Positions 1-10,300 of a stretch of DNA of 64,000 bases are shown here, in pieces. Origin of the DNA: a virus; IMG/VR virus record IMGVR_UViG_3300008267_007212; one strand, given 5' to 3'. Both the position numbers and the translations under genes were made by a program. The number at the start of each line of letters is the position of its first letter. Position 1 is the stretch's first letter. Under the pieces are notes generated by a model. The model saw only the letters and a list, made by a program, of their open reading frames with translations, ran no database searches and was not told the origin of the DNA.

Positions 1-577
1 TGATATCGTTAAATGAAACTGATAATTTTGTGTTGAACTCATGCCCAAACACAGAAAAATCGTAGTATTTTATGTGTTGCGAATCCATCCACAATCTAAA
101 CAAATTTATCAACATGCCTGCTGTATTAGTTTGATCAATGAAGTTGTTTTCTATCATGATCTTGTGTAACTTTGGCAGTGTTGATAGATGTTGTTGATTG
201 TGTTTGTCTGTGATAAATTTTACATTGTTTTTGTGTTCTACAAATACATCTGGATCGCTGTGATCACCTAGCAAAACGTAACTGGGGAGGATTTGCAACA
301 TAGAATCTTGTGTGTAAAAGCCTGCTCGGGCTGGATTGGTCCACCTTACAATTACTGTGTCAATATCCTGTTGATGGTGGGAAAGATAATGATACCCGAC
401 CTCCACTGTTCTCTGTACAGAGCTTCCAGGTTCAGCCAAGTTTAAATAGTCTAGTTCTAGGTGATCAGCCACATAGTGACCAAATGCATGTTCTGTGTTT
501 TTTGGGTCTTTAAACACGCTTGCAGTGCCTATGCCGTGACAAAAACTATCTCCAAGAACCAGTAACTTTTTTACCAC
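1..577 (-). CDS. SGNH/GDSL-hydrolase-like protein, 3' end truncated by the window edge (absent from ORF track)
   Basis: Manual translation from GTG at 577 is open to base 1: MVKKLLVLGDSFCHGIG...DYLNLAEPGSS...; it has a block I GDS motif and a block II-like NLAxxG. Confidence 0.7.
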   Translation of the reverse strand, partial: MVKKLLVLGDSFCHGIGTASVFKDPKNTEHAFGHYVADHLELDYLNLAEPGSSVQRTVEVGYHYLSHHQQDIDTVIVRWTNPARAGFYTQDSMLQILPSYVLLGDHSDPDVFVEHKNNVKFITDKHNQQHLSTLPKLHKIMIENNFIDQTNTAGMLINLFRLWMDSQHIKYYDFSVFGHEFNTKLSVSFNDI

Positions 578-1497
578 CCTTCAACTCGTCGAATAACATC
601 TAACTCAGTTATTGTTGTTCCTATATTACGATGCACTGCTTTATAATGATGCTTGAAAAATGCGCTTTGATCTGCTGTCATATCAACAATAGGTAGCCCT
701 AGTCGTGTACGTAACGTTTGACCGATATTCTCACAAGCAGGCTCTGCATCTTTACTAAAGCTGTTCCATAAATATGCAAGATGATCAAAATCTTGTACTT
801 GTTTATAATCCCACTCTCTTAACATAGTCATGTACGTACCTAGGCGAGCACCGTATATGGCCCACCATCCATTTTCCACGTCTCGGCCGACACTTTGCCA
901 AATACATAAATGATCATAGTTTCGAGCATGAACTTTTTGTTCAAACTCTTGCAGGCTGGGTTTCTTTCCTCGATCTAAACACATCTTAACACCTTCGCGG
1001 AATCCTGCTCGCCATGCTTGAAAAGGTGTTGCATTGGGAAATGTAGTACTATAGCAATCATGCATGGGAATATACTTAGGGTCAAAACAAAACTCTATCA
1101 CGGTTTCGTCTCTGCCGTCAGTGGCTTCATGTGTTCGCATATTGTTAACGAACTCTTTGGTCCAGCAACTTATTCCGCCGTTGCCGTACATTAACCCATT
1201 GATATGATTGCGAGCCTTCCATCTAAACACACAATCTTGATTATTGTCGTCTAATTTAAGTTGGAGATTAAAAAACTCAGCGTCAGGTATATTGTCTCCG
1301 TCTATTAGCACGAACCTATCAGTATCGCTGGCCGCGGCGGCTGCTTTATGTGCAGCATCACTGCCTTTAACTCCATCCACACGTTTAGCCCACGGAATTA
1401 AATTTTGAATCTTAATCCAAAATTCTTCTTTTTTTGGTTCGTCGTAGGTTAAAAATATACAATCGAGATCTGCAATATCAACGATTTTTGTAGTCAT
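571..1497 (-). CDS. Glycosyltransferase-like protein (GT-A fold); likely start MTTKIVD at 1497 rather than 1527
   Basis: CIFLTYDEP N-terminus, DxD-like IDGDN, YGNGG; the 1497 start gives a short overlap with the upstream gene. Confidence 0.6.
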   Translation of the reverse strand: MTTKIVDIADLDCIFLTYDEPKKEEFWIKIQNLIPWAKRVDGVKGSDAAHKAAAAASDTDRFVLIDGDNIPDAEFFNLQLKLDDNNQDCVFRWKARNHINGLMYGNGGISCWTKEFVNNMRTHEATDGRDETVIEFCFDPKYIPMHDCYSTTFPNATPFQAWRAGFREGVKMCLDRGKKPSLQEFEQKVHARNYDHLCIWQSVGRDVENGWWAIYGARLGTYMTMLREWDYKQVQDFDHLAYLWNSFSKDAEPACENIGQTLRTRLGLPIVDMTADQSAFFKHHYKAVHRNIGTTITELDVIRRVEGW

Positions 1498-1903
1498 AGT
1501 GTTCTGTGTCTTTAAAAGTTTCGCCATCTTCCAAAATTATGCCAGATAAATTTTTTACTGTTTTAAAACCAGTCTGACTTTTTTCAAGTTGAGGAGTTTG
1601 ATTTAAGTTATCTTTTTTGATCGAAACTTTATCGTTTTGTATTCGATACTTGTAGCATTCCATATACACGGATTTATAAGTATTCTCATCTACTACAATA
1701 TAATCACCAGAAAGGCCGTACATTTCTGCATCTTTTACTGTAGGGGATGTAGCCGTGATGTTTCCACTTTCATCGTAGTATATTCGATATTCGTATTCAA
1801 TTAGTGCAGGTTTATCTATTAGCCCTAACTCGTCTAATTGTCGAATTATTTCTTCTAAGGTAGTATCTTCATTGACTGTTATGGTAGGTTCGTTCGTACT
1901 CAT
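1478..1903 (-). CDS. Hypothetical protein
   Basis: 141-aa ORF overlapping both neighbours in an operon-like arrangement. Confidence 0.6.
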   Translation of the reverse strand: MSTNEPTITVNEDTTLEEIIRQLDELGLIDKPALIEYEYRIYYDESGNITATSPTVKDAEMYGLSGDYIVVDENTYKSVYMECYKYRIQNDKVSIKKDNLNQTPQLEKSQTGFKTVKNLSGIILEDGETFKDTEHYDYKNR

Positions 1904-2720
1904 TTAATAATTCCTCTGTTACATATGATTTATCATAATAATGCACTGGGTTGTATTGATTTAGATTGTGAATTTTAATCATGTGGTTATCTCGGTCATG
2001 CATTACTATGTCTTGCCAAGACTGATCGGTATTACCCCAACCATTGATACCAGGTTTCAAATGTATAAAATTAATGAAATCCATGGTAGGTATAGTGCAT
2101 AGTTCTACTCCTATCGTCTTTGCTGTTACTGCATACAGTGCATCGGTGCTGGGTATATCTTCTCGACAATTTTTTAATATATTCTCTTTGAGATAATCCC
2201 AATTTCTTAAAATTCTTTGTGCTGTTAAAAAGAAATCACTGGCTGTTTTACTATATCTAAAATACATCAAACCATTATATATGTCCGGAAGATCATTATC
2301 ATCAAAAAATTTTCTATAAAGTCTTGATGTAGATAATTCTTGTCTATAAGTTCTGCAGCCAGTGCTCAATACAACATCTCGCAGTCTAAAAGCATTCCAC
2401 CAATGGTCAATATTCCGTGTAAATAATAAGTCACTTTCTAATTTAATAGTTTCTTTAAAAGGACTCAGTGAAAAAACTTGATATTCATTGGATAGCTTCC
2501 ATGTACTACCTGTGTCGTTTTCGTCATAGGGAAGTTCGATAATGTGATCAAAAACTTTTGTGTGTTTATCTGTGATTTGATCGATAGTATTTTTATCACA
2601 GATCACTGCATACTTAGCACCCGGGTGTAGGCTTTTTACATTCATTGCTTGGCAATACGCAAGTCTAAGATAATCTATCTTATCTGTATTCTGTGCAAAT
2701 GTAAGAAAACCTTTACTCAT
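1869..2720 (-). CDS. Glycosyltransferase-like protein (GT-A/GT8-like)
   Basis: KGFLTFAQN..DYLRLAY, SPFKETIKLESDLL (DxD variant), YNGLMYF; paralogue of 2713-3534. Confidence 0.6.
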   Translation of the reverse strand: MSKGFLTFAQNTDKIDYLRLAYCQAMNVKSLHPGAKYAVICDKNTIDQITDKHTKVFDHIIELPYDENDTGSTWKLSNEYQVFSLSPFKETIKLESDLLFTRNIDHWWNAFRLRDVVLSTGCRTYRQELSTSRLYRKFFDDNDLPDIYNGLMYFRYSKTASDFFLTAQRILRNWDYLKENILKNCREDIPSTDALYAVTAKTIGVELCTIPTMDFINFIHLKPGINGWGNTDQSWQDIVMHDRDNHMIKIHNLNQYNPVHYYDKSYVTEELLNEYERTYHNSQ

Positions 2721-3534
2721 TACAAACAGCCTTTACAAAGCTATCAAATTGTTCTGACAATAGATAGTTCTTATCCATGATATGCAAATTTTGTCTGCTG
2801 ATTACATCTGCCCGGTGTTTGTACTTAACAGTTAAAAATTTATTTTTGAGATCGATAGACTCAATGTTGTCTTCTATGGTCAACATTAGCCAAGGTATAC
2901 TTTGCTCAGGAGTCAGTGTATGGCCATTTAAAATGATATTGGCCATACTGAATGCAAAATCGTTTCTATAATTTGTTTCTCTAACAGCAAACAAACTTCT
3001 ATAATATCCATAGTTTCGTTGTATACGGCCCACTAAATCGAAAAACATTTTAGCTCTTGTAGTTTTTCGAAATAGTACTACAGTAGCCCAAACCATTGGC
3101 AAACTCGCAGGCCCCATTTCATCTGTGTTAAGTCCCAGTGGGGTCTGCATGTTATACATTAATCTATAGTCAAAGGGTTGGTCGAGTAACTTTATCAAGC
3201 TATTGTTGAGCATCAAATAATCAGTGTCTATTAAAATGGTTTCATCATATGGACTTAAATCGAATGCTCGATACCTATCAAAATTTTTCCATTCATATAA
3301 TTGCTGATCTTTGGAAAATCTGACGTTGCCAGTTTTACTATCAACTCGAATTATTTGATCATAATCAAATTTTAATTCGGCATCTATGTCTGTGACTATC
3401 GTTACAGGAAGGTTTGTATTTTTTTTGATTAATTTACTTGTTTGGTCTGCTATATCGGTATATTTGACTTTTCGACTGTTAAAAGCAAATACCAACACAC
3501 CTTTAGATTTTTCTAATTCGCTTGAGTTCTTCAT
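2713..3534 (-). CDS. Glycosyltransferase-like protein (GT-A/GT8-like)
   Basis: KGVLVFAFN, SPYDETILIDTDYL (DxD), RNDFAFS. Confidence 0.65.
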   Translation of the reverse strand: MKNSSELEKSKGVLVFAFNSRKVKYTDIADQTSKLIKKNTNLPVTIVTDIDAELKFDYDQIIRVDSKTGNVRFSKDQQLYEWKNFDRYRAFDLSPYDETILIDTDYLMLNNSLIKLLDQPFDYRLMYNMQTPLGLNTDEMGPASLPMVWATVVLFRKTTRAKMFFDLVGRIQRNYGYYRSLFAVRETNYRNDFAFSMANIILNGHTLTPEQSIPWLMLTIEDNIESIDLKNKFLTVKYKHRADVISRQNLHIMDKNYLLSEQFDSFVKAVCNE

Positions 3535-3829
3535 GTTGTTGGTGCCACTCGTTCATTGCTGAATGATAGTGTTGTTGTGCTTTAATTAAAAATTCTTGTT
3601 TATCTATTTCTATAGGATTTTGATAAACATCCTCAAGATAAAATCTGTCAATGGGCCAACTTGCAGCAAATGCCAATAGTTCTGGAGTTATTTTGAACAA
3701 TCCGTTTTCATAAGGCATGTGTAAGTCTGTTAAAATACGTTCCCTTAGCAATCGTTTGTTAATTTGATAATCTGTAGCCAATTTTATCTGATTGACTATT
3801 TCTTCGACAGTGCTGTTCATATTGGACAT
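3503..3829 (-). CDS. Hypothetical protein
   Basis: 108-aa ORF, first gene downstream of the sigma70-like promoter. Confidence 0.6.
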   Translation of the reverse strand: MSNMNSTVEEIVNQIKLATDYQINKRLLRERILTDLHMPYENGLFKITPELLAFAASWPIDRFYLEDVYQNPIEIDKQEFLIKAQQHYHSAMNEWHQQHEELKRIRKI

Positions 3830-3834
3830 AAAAT

Positions 3835-3867
3835 GATAGGTATATACTATTATAATATATACCTATC
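3835..3867. repeat. Perfect 12-bp inverted repeat (terminator, operator or cruciform) overlapping the promoter
   Basis: GATAGGTATATA-N9-TATATACCTATC; followed by ATTTT on the minus strand. Confidence 0.75.
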
Positions 3868-3878
3868 TCATATGTCAA
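3849..3878 (-). promoter_or_regulatory. Sigma70-type promoter TTGACA-N18-TATAAT driving the glycosyltransferase cluster
   Basis: Perfect -35 (3873-3878) and -10 (3849-3854) on the minus strand, 20 nt upstream of the ATG at 3829. Confidence 0.7.
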
Positions 3879-3887
3879 TCTTAAAAT

Positions 3888-4826
3888 TTAAGATATGGTA
3901 ACTGTTCCCCAAGTATTTGTTAAGTTAGTTGTTTCTGGAAATTGAACTGTACAAATCATACCTAAACTAACATTTATCGAATCTGCGGGCTGAGTTGACC
4001 CTGTAGTAGCAGAAAATGCGTTAACTGTGATAGTAATAGTGTTTCCGTTTGCACTATATGAACCGGTAGTTCCATTAGTGGAATAGTTAACACTTAAAAA
4101 ATCGCCTGTATAGTAGCTTGTACTAGTAACTTTGAATTTTTCAGTTGGGGTAGTAGTCAAACCGGTATAATATCCGCCGGTAGTAGTATCTGTGTTTAAA
4201 GTTCCACCTGAGCCTGCTCGGGCGCCGTAGGTTATGGCATTCAAACGTTTAGAAGAAAAATTAGTTTGAGCCAAAGTTTGTATACTAGTACCACGGGAAG
4301 TTCCTCCAGTATTAGTGAAACTATTATACGCTAGGGTTATATATCCGCCAGAATTGAAAAAATATCGTGTTGCATCTACACCACTACTGAAAGTAATTGT
4401 AAAGGTAATAATTCCAGTAACAGACGTGCCGGCTGAAGTATTCATAGTTGTAGCTTTTGAACTCGACGTTGTAGTTCCAACCGTTGCCGCACTAAGTCTG
4501 TTAGTGGCCGCAGTCGAAACAGCTGACGTTAGTGTGGATAAAAACGCTATCGATGTGCCAGCAGTGGGCGCACTTATACCAGATCCGCTACCACTTTGAT
4601 GAACCCTTGCAGAATTTAATGTATTAACTAAACTTGCCCAGTTGGTTGCCGCTACAGTTCCCCCCACAGACACATTGCCCACTGCGGTTTGACCATATCC
4701 ATAACTTCCTAGCCCAGTAGACCAAACTGGATTAAGTTGGGTTCCGCCTCCTTGTGTGCCGGCAGACCCGCCCACTATATTGTTAAAATCGCTTGCTTCA
4801 ATTAATCCACCGGATGCGTATGTCAT
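3888..4826 (-). CDS. Virion structural (fibre/baseplate-associated) protein
   Basis: Thr/Ser/Gly-rich, 312 aa, last gene of the baseplate operon. Confidence 0.6.
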   Translation of the reverse strand: MTYASGGLIEASDFNNIVGGSAGTQGGGTQLNPVWSTGLGSYGYGQTAVGNVSVGGTVAATNWASLVNTLNSARVHQSGSGSGISAPTAGTSIAFLSTLTSAVSTAATNRLSAATVGTTTSSSKATTMNTSAGTSVTGIITFTITFSSGVDATRYFFNSGGYITLAYNSFTNTGGTSRGTSIQTLAQTNFSSKRLNAITYGARAGSGGTLNTDTTTGGYYTGLTTTPTEKFKVTSTSYYTGDFLSVNYSTNGTTGSYSANGNTITITVNAFSATTGSTQPADSINVSLGMICTVQFPETTNLTNTWGTVTIS

Positions 4827-4838
4827 ATTTTGTTCCGT

Positions 4839-6491
4839 TTAACTATTTAATGTTACGATGGCGTATATAGTTCCTTCACCGTCGTCTAACTTATTTTCTA
4901 GTGCTCTACCAATTACATTGAACGGAGTAACTTCGGTTTTACTAGCAGCACGAGCCATTCCCCGACCAGCGCTGACTAATCTGTCCCCTTTACGTATCTC
5001 GCCAATTACTTTAACAGGAACTCGACCACTGACTGCAATGGGAGGATGAGTCTCATTAGATCCAGCCTGACTGTTCATTAGATACGCTGCCCTTGTACTT
5101 ACTACTCCGAATACTTCTTCACTGAGTTCTTCATTGGCTAATGTAACTTCTTTTTCGCCGCCCATGGTCAATACTGTACCAGGCTGATAATACGCATCTG
5201 CCTCAAATCGTTCTGCCAAGTCAGCGTACAGTGCATTAATTGCAACACCGTTAAAGAATGCTCCATTCACATTACCTTGTGCAAATATTGCCCCAGTTAA
5301 ACTCATTCCGCCTGATACACGAACAGCACCTGTTACGTTACTTGTAGCATTTTCGCCGCCGGTCACCAACAGATATGCAGCCGTTGATACATTTCCAGTA
5401 GCTTGGACACGCCCGCTGGCAACCACATTCCCAGAAGTTATAACACTGTTTGATGTAAACAGATTTCCGGTTAGACCAATGCCGCCTGTAACCCTAATAG
5501 CTCCAGTAACATTACTGGTGGCGTTATCTCCTTGAGTTGTTTGTATATAACCTGAAGTGACAAATGCGCCGGTTGTGCTTAAGTTTGCAATATTGGTTAC
5601 ACCAGTTTGACCATTTACTGTTAATACTGGGGAAAGGGTACCTAAAACATTAGCTACAACTTGTAAGTTTCCGCCATTTGTATTGTTTATAAGTTGAGTT
5701 GTGTTACCTGTTATAGAAACTGTAAAATTATTGCCCGACCCAACAGTTAAACCGCTGTTATTGTTTATATTAATTGTATTAGCAAATGTAGTAGCAATAT
5801 CTGTTCTAGCATAACTACTAGCAGGCTGACTACCTAAATTATTAGAATTAGTTGCATTTCCTACGAATGCAATGTTTCCAACTACGGTGGTAGATGCTAA
5901 ATTAAATCCTGGTTTAATTGTGGTAAATCCAGTGGGGCTATCTGCAGGAGTATATTCTTGATCTCTACTAATAATGCCAATTAACGTTGTTCCAACAAAT
6001 ACATTAACTGCTACGTGATCTGCTACTAACGGATTGCTGTCTGCGATTTGTCCTACACTGACACCAGACTGACCGACGTTACTGGTAAATGCAGGCCCAA
6101 TTAAAACCCAGCTTGAACCATTATAAATATTCAGCTGCTGGGCAGTTGTATCCCACCATGCATTTCCTGTTTTAGATCCAGTAGGTTGTGTATTACTGGA
6201 AGTCATCGTTCCCATTGTTCGCCAAGTAGACCCTGTATAAACTTTTAAGTTTCCAGCAAGATCCCACCATAACTGACCTGTCAACGGATTAGGAATAGCT
6301 GAACTATCACCTCCACTGGTAGACAAACTGGCAAAATTTTCCAGCATGTGTACTAAGTCTGAGTTCAAAAATGTTCCGTAACCTGCATAGTTTTTACCTA
6401 TCAAGGCTAAACTGGTACTGGTTTGATTAACTGTACCATCTTGAATTGTAGTTAAAAGTGTACCGTTACTTAAAGTTATTGTATAGGCCAT
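4839..6491 (-). CDS. Tail fibre/baseplate protein with C-terminal intramolecular chaperone (Peptidase_G2-like) domain
   Basis: LIGKNYAGYG..LENFA, GQLWWD, TGAIRVTGG repeats, C-terminal YADLAERFE...GRVPVKVIG..KGDRLV. Confidence 0.7.
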   Translation of the reverse strand: MAYTITLSNGTLLTTIQDGTVNQTSTSLALIGKNYAGYGTFLNSDLVHMLENFASLSTSGGDSSAIPNPLTGQLWWDLAGNLKVYTGSTWRTMGTMTSSNTQPTGSKTGNAWWDTTAQQLNIYNGSSWVLIGPAFTSNVGQSGVSVGQIADSNPLVADHVAVNVFVGTTLIGIISRDQEYTPADSPTGFTTIKPGFNLASTTVVGNIAFVGNATNSNNLGSQPASSYARTDIATTFANTININNNSGLTVGSGNNFTVSITGNTTQLINNTNGGNLQVVANVLGTLSPVLTVNGQTGVTNIANLSTTGAFVTSGYIQTTQGDNATSNVTGAIRVTGGIGLTGNLFTSNSVITSGNVVASGRVQATGNVSTAAYLLVTGGENATSNVTGAVRVSGGMSLTGAIFAQGNVNGAFFNGVAINALYADLAERFEADAYYQPGTVLTMGGEKEVTLANEELSEEVFGVVSTRAAYLMNSQAGSNETHPPIAVSGRVPVKVIGEIRKGDRLVSAGRGMARAASKTEVTPFNVIGRALENKLDDGEGTIYAIVTLNS

Positions 6492-6512
6492 CGTTCATGT
6501 ATCCATTTAATA

Positions 6513-6520
6513 TATTTATA
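6513..6520 (-). promoter_or_regulatory. T4-type late promoter TATAAATA, representative of a family of NNTAAATA sites
   Basis: Exact T4 consensus here; variants precede structural genes at 7313, 24793, 25203, 31358 (-) and 39701, 41813, 43564, 43857, 47941, 48663, 49575, 57159, 62103 (+); a gp55 homologue is encoded in the window. Confidence 0.75.
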
Positions 6521-6531
6521 TTTCTTTTTAA

Positions 6532-7125
6532 TTACAAATTCGTACTTAAATTAGTTAAAGTTTGAATTCGAATAGTATAATCGATTTGAATAAGTCTATT
6601 AAGTGCTTTTTGCACAGGGTGGAAAATTACGTGAGTCAGCAATTTTCCACTTTCGCTGATTAACCCTAGCTCATCAAATACATAAGTTCCAGACATTGTT
6701 GCACTGTTGTCAAATGCTTGTTGCCCAGCTGGTTCTGTGTAATCTAATAGACAACTTACAAAAATATCAGTATAGATCAAACCTGGAGTATGTCTTACTT
6801 CGATATAATTTCTAGCTGGATCTGTGTTTAATGCACTGGTATTATCAACTATTTTGCTGTAAGTTTGATTATACAAACTAGCATTCTGCCCAAAAGTGTT
6901 AGTAGGCAAGTACGTAATAACACCTGTGCTATCTACTGCGGTAGCGCCGTTTCCGAAAGCCATGCTTTGTATGTAACCAATACCTTTATTTGCAATACTT
7001 TGTGCCAACGCTTCACTCATATTTTCGTAATGAATAGCATTGGGTTTATCAATGATTATTTCTCCGGACGCAGGATCCCAAATTTTAATATGGCCTTGTA
7101 TCATTGTATTTGTTTTATCTAGCAT
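6532..7125 (-). CDS. Virion structural protein (baseplate/fibre-attachment-like)
   Basis: MAFGNG, FDELGL, LLTHVIFHPVQK motifs; position within the baseplate operon. Confidence 0.6.
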   Translation of the reverse strand: MLDKTNTMIQGHIKIWDPASGEIIIDKPNAIHYENMSEALAQSIANKGIGYIQSMAFGNGATAVDSTGVITYLPTNTFGQNASLYNQTYSKIVDNTSALNTDPARNYIEVRHTPGLIYTDIFVSCLLDYTEPAGQQAFDNSATMSGTYVFDELGLISESGKLLTHVIFHPVQKALNRLIQIDYTIRIQTLTNLSTNL

Positions 7126-7135
7126 AAGTGATCCA

Positions 7136-7288
7136 TTAATTTCCAGTTTCTACTATTACTTCACCAGACTCTGGATCTGTAATTTTTACAAAACCACGTA
7201 CATAAATTCCCGTAGACTCGTTTGGTTTTTCTGGAACAGGTTTTTCAAGTTTTTGTTCCAAATCAGTGTTTGTATGGTTATTTATCAT
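7136..7288 (-). CDS. Small 50-aa protein missed by the ORF track, similar to the N-terminus of the downstream gene
   Basis: MINNHTNTDLEQKLEKPVPEKPNESTGIYVRGFVKITDPESGEVIVETGN*; fills the intergenic gap; AATAAATA late-promoter motif at 7313-7320. Confidence 0.7.
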   Translation of the reverse strand: MINNHTNTDLEQKLEKPVPEKPNESTGIYVRGFVKITDPESGEVIVETGN

Positions 7289-7327
7289 GGTATTCTATGT
7301 GCTTGTTGTTAATATTTATTTGTATCT

Positions 7328-10300
7328 TTACCCTTGCAATCCTTGTTTTAAGAAACTTACCTGTAAAGTATTAGCATTAAATAGTCCCTGTCCGTTGGAA
7401 GCTGTGGTATTTCCCAGGACTCCATTGGCATTTGCTTGGGCAGAATTACCTAAATTGTACCAAATATTAGTTTGGGCAAAAGCAACATTGGATTCAAAAG
7501 TATAATACGTAGTAAACCGTTCATCTGTCAGATTCACCAAAGAATTATTACTAATATAAGCAGAAGTATTGCTAATTACGTTACTGATAGTTCCTACTAT
7601 ATTTCCGCCATTGTCGTATAAATCATTGCCAACATTCAATTCGGCCAAGAATATAGTACCATTTCCAGTAATAATATTGCTGCTGGTATTTGCTGTAATA
7701 TTTCCTGTATATCGAACGGTAACATTAGATATATTTGCAGCTACAAAATACGGTGTATTATTCGCAGAAATATATGCCCATTCGACGGGATTTCCTTCTG
7801 GTACATCTGGATTTCTCTTTGTAACTGCTAATATCGCAACTGTATCACTTACCACATTGTCGATAGTGCCTATCAATTGTTGGCGAGTAAAAGTAGAACT
7901 TGTACTAGAATTTCCTAGAGTCGACTCTACTGCATTTTCGTCCTTTACACCTGCAAATATTTGTGTTCCCGGAGTTAATGTGGTAAATGTGGTGCCCACA
8001 CCTTCTAATGTGCTGCTGTAAACATTTACATTAATTGTTCCAGGACCTTGGGATCTGGCGTACCATACACTATCCCCCGAATTAGGTATAATTTGATTTT
8101 GACTTCCATCTAGTACTATGTTGCCAACAAAATGATTTTTAGCGCCAGTTCCGCCAGTTCCTCTACGAATTCTTCCTAATATATTAGTTGTGTTATCCTT
8201 AGAGTAATAGGTAATTCTTTCACCATTAATATACACAACTCCAGGTTGGCCCCCGTTAGAAGACGGAGTAGCTAATTTACTGGCATCTACTACTTGAATT
8301 GTAGTGTCTGTCAAACTTAAATTTGCAGCCAATGTAGTGGTACTTGCGCCATCCTCTCTAAGATATGTAAAGTTATCATTCATATCTTTAAAGATTCTAT
8401 AAGACATCATTGGCCAAGCATTTCCGCTGGGAGAAATGCTTAGTTTCATTATGGCCGTAGCAATAATTGGCGACGTGTTTGCGCCAGTGATAACCACCTG
8501 TGGCGTAGTATCATACCCCCCACCATTATTGACAACTTGGAATGATGTTGCAGATCCGTTTGAATTTAATATTACTTGTGCTTGCCCTTGTGTAAAATAT
8601 CCGCCGCCTACTATAGTTACACCAATGTCAGCAGGAGAATATCCACTGCCTGGGTCAATAATTTGTATATAATCAAGTTGAATTCCGCTACCTGTTGACC
8701 AGTTAGTATAATAGCTAACAGTGGGATCTGTTGCTATGGTACTAATCGTCATATCCAGTGTGTCATATACTCTTCCGGGCACCATTTCTTCAGGAGCATG
8801 GCTTGCATATGGTCCTACATTATAAATGGTCAAGTTGGCTGTAGAAAATACATTTCCTGTTGTGGTCGGGGTAACCACATACCATACTTTATCGTTGTAA
8901 GAAATTAAATCGCCTTTGTCATAATATCTATTGGCTTTCCACTCAGTGAAGTAACTATAAACAAAAGGTCCCCCGTCAACAATGATGTCTTCGGGTTTTG
9001 TTCCTAAAGTAATATCATTGAAAGTACTGGTTATTTTAGCATCTAAAATGGCATCACTTAAAATAGGAATTCCGTTTTCGTCAAATTCCAATGGATCAAA
9101 TAGAGTGGCGTCGAATCCGTCGGCAGCACTGATTCCCTCCAATGGGGGTTCAGGACCCGATCCGCCAAATCCTCCGTTGTCACTGAACGTTGGGCCTTGT
9201 ACTTTTACCCCGGGATAGTCGATGCCCGATTGTAACAATGACAAATCTTTTCCAGGTTGTCCTAATTCAGGTTGATAATATGCTTGAATTCTGTCATTTG
9301 CATTATTAATATTATCAATAGGATAAACTGTTAAGTTGACAAGAACATTCGAATTGAATGTTGTGGGTGAAGTAAACGTTTGATTTACAATGTAAGCAAC
9401 CCCGTTGTAATCAATGATAGTTCCTTGAGTAAACGTAGTATCTGGTTTCCAATCTACAATTGTAGTAGAATATGTATATCTATCATAAACTAGAGTAGTT
9501 TTAATGTTTCTGACTAATCCGTTGACTAAATTAGCGCGAGCTATCGCGCCTGAACCATTGCCACCTGTTATAGTGATAACCGGGGTAGTAACATAATCAC
9601 TTCCAGGATATAATAATACTATTTTTGTTAGAACTCCGTCAGTGATCAAAGCTCTTGCTACTGCATCATTGCCGTTTCTACTACCTGTAATAGTTATTAT
9701 TGGGGGCAAGGTATAGCCAGAGCCGCCATCTATAATATCTATAGAAGCAATACTATAAGCATAATTAGATAACCAGTTGGCATATTCAGGTTGCTGTAAA
9801 AATCTTGCATCTTGAATAAATTCGCCGCTAGGACTTCTTGTAGTTTTTAATACACTATCGTAAGTTGGTGGAACATCAAAATCAGACACATAACTGTTAT
9901 AATTGTCGTACCCTAGATAATCTACTACATATTCTCGGAGTGTAGTTTTATAAGGTTTAACTTCTTCTATGTATTGTTTATAGAATTCTTGATTTTCTTT
10001 GATGTAGATTGCAGGTTGGTTTAGTCCTTGTATCTTTTGTAATACATTAATGAAGCTGGTCTTAAATAACCAATCTACATACTTTTGTTCATCTAGTATA
10101 TAGTTAATGAATACAAAAAACAGATTTAAGAATTTAGAATCAAGTTGATCAATAAAAATATCATCTCTAAGAGTTTGTAGAATTTGTCTAGTTTCTATTC
10201 CAGGATTTTGATCAAATCTTATAGTATCAAAATTATCTGCATCAAACCCGAGACCGAATTCTTCTAGTGCGTAAAGATTTTTCTTAAGTTCAATGGTGCC

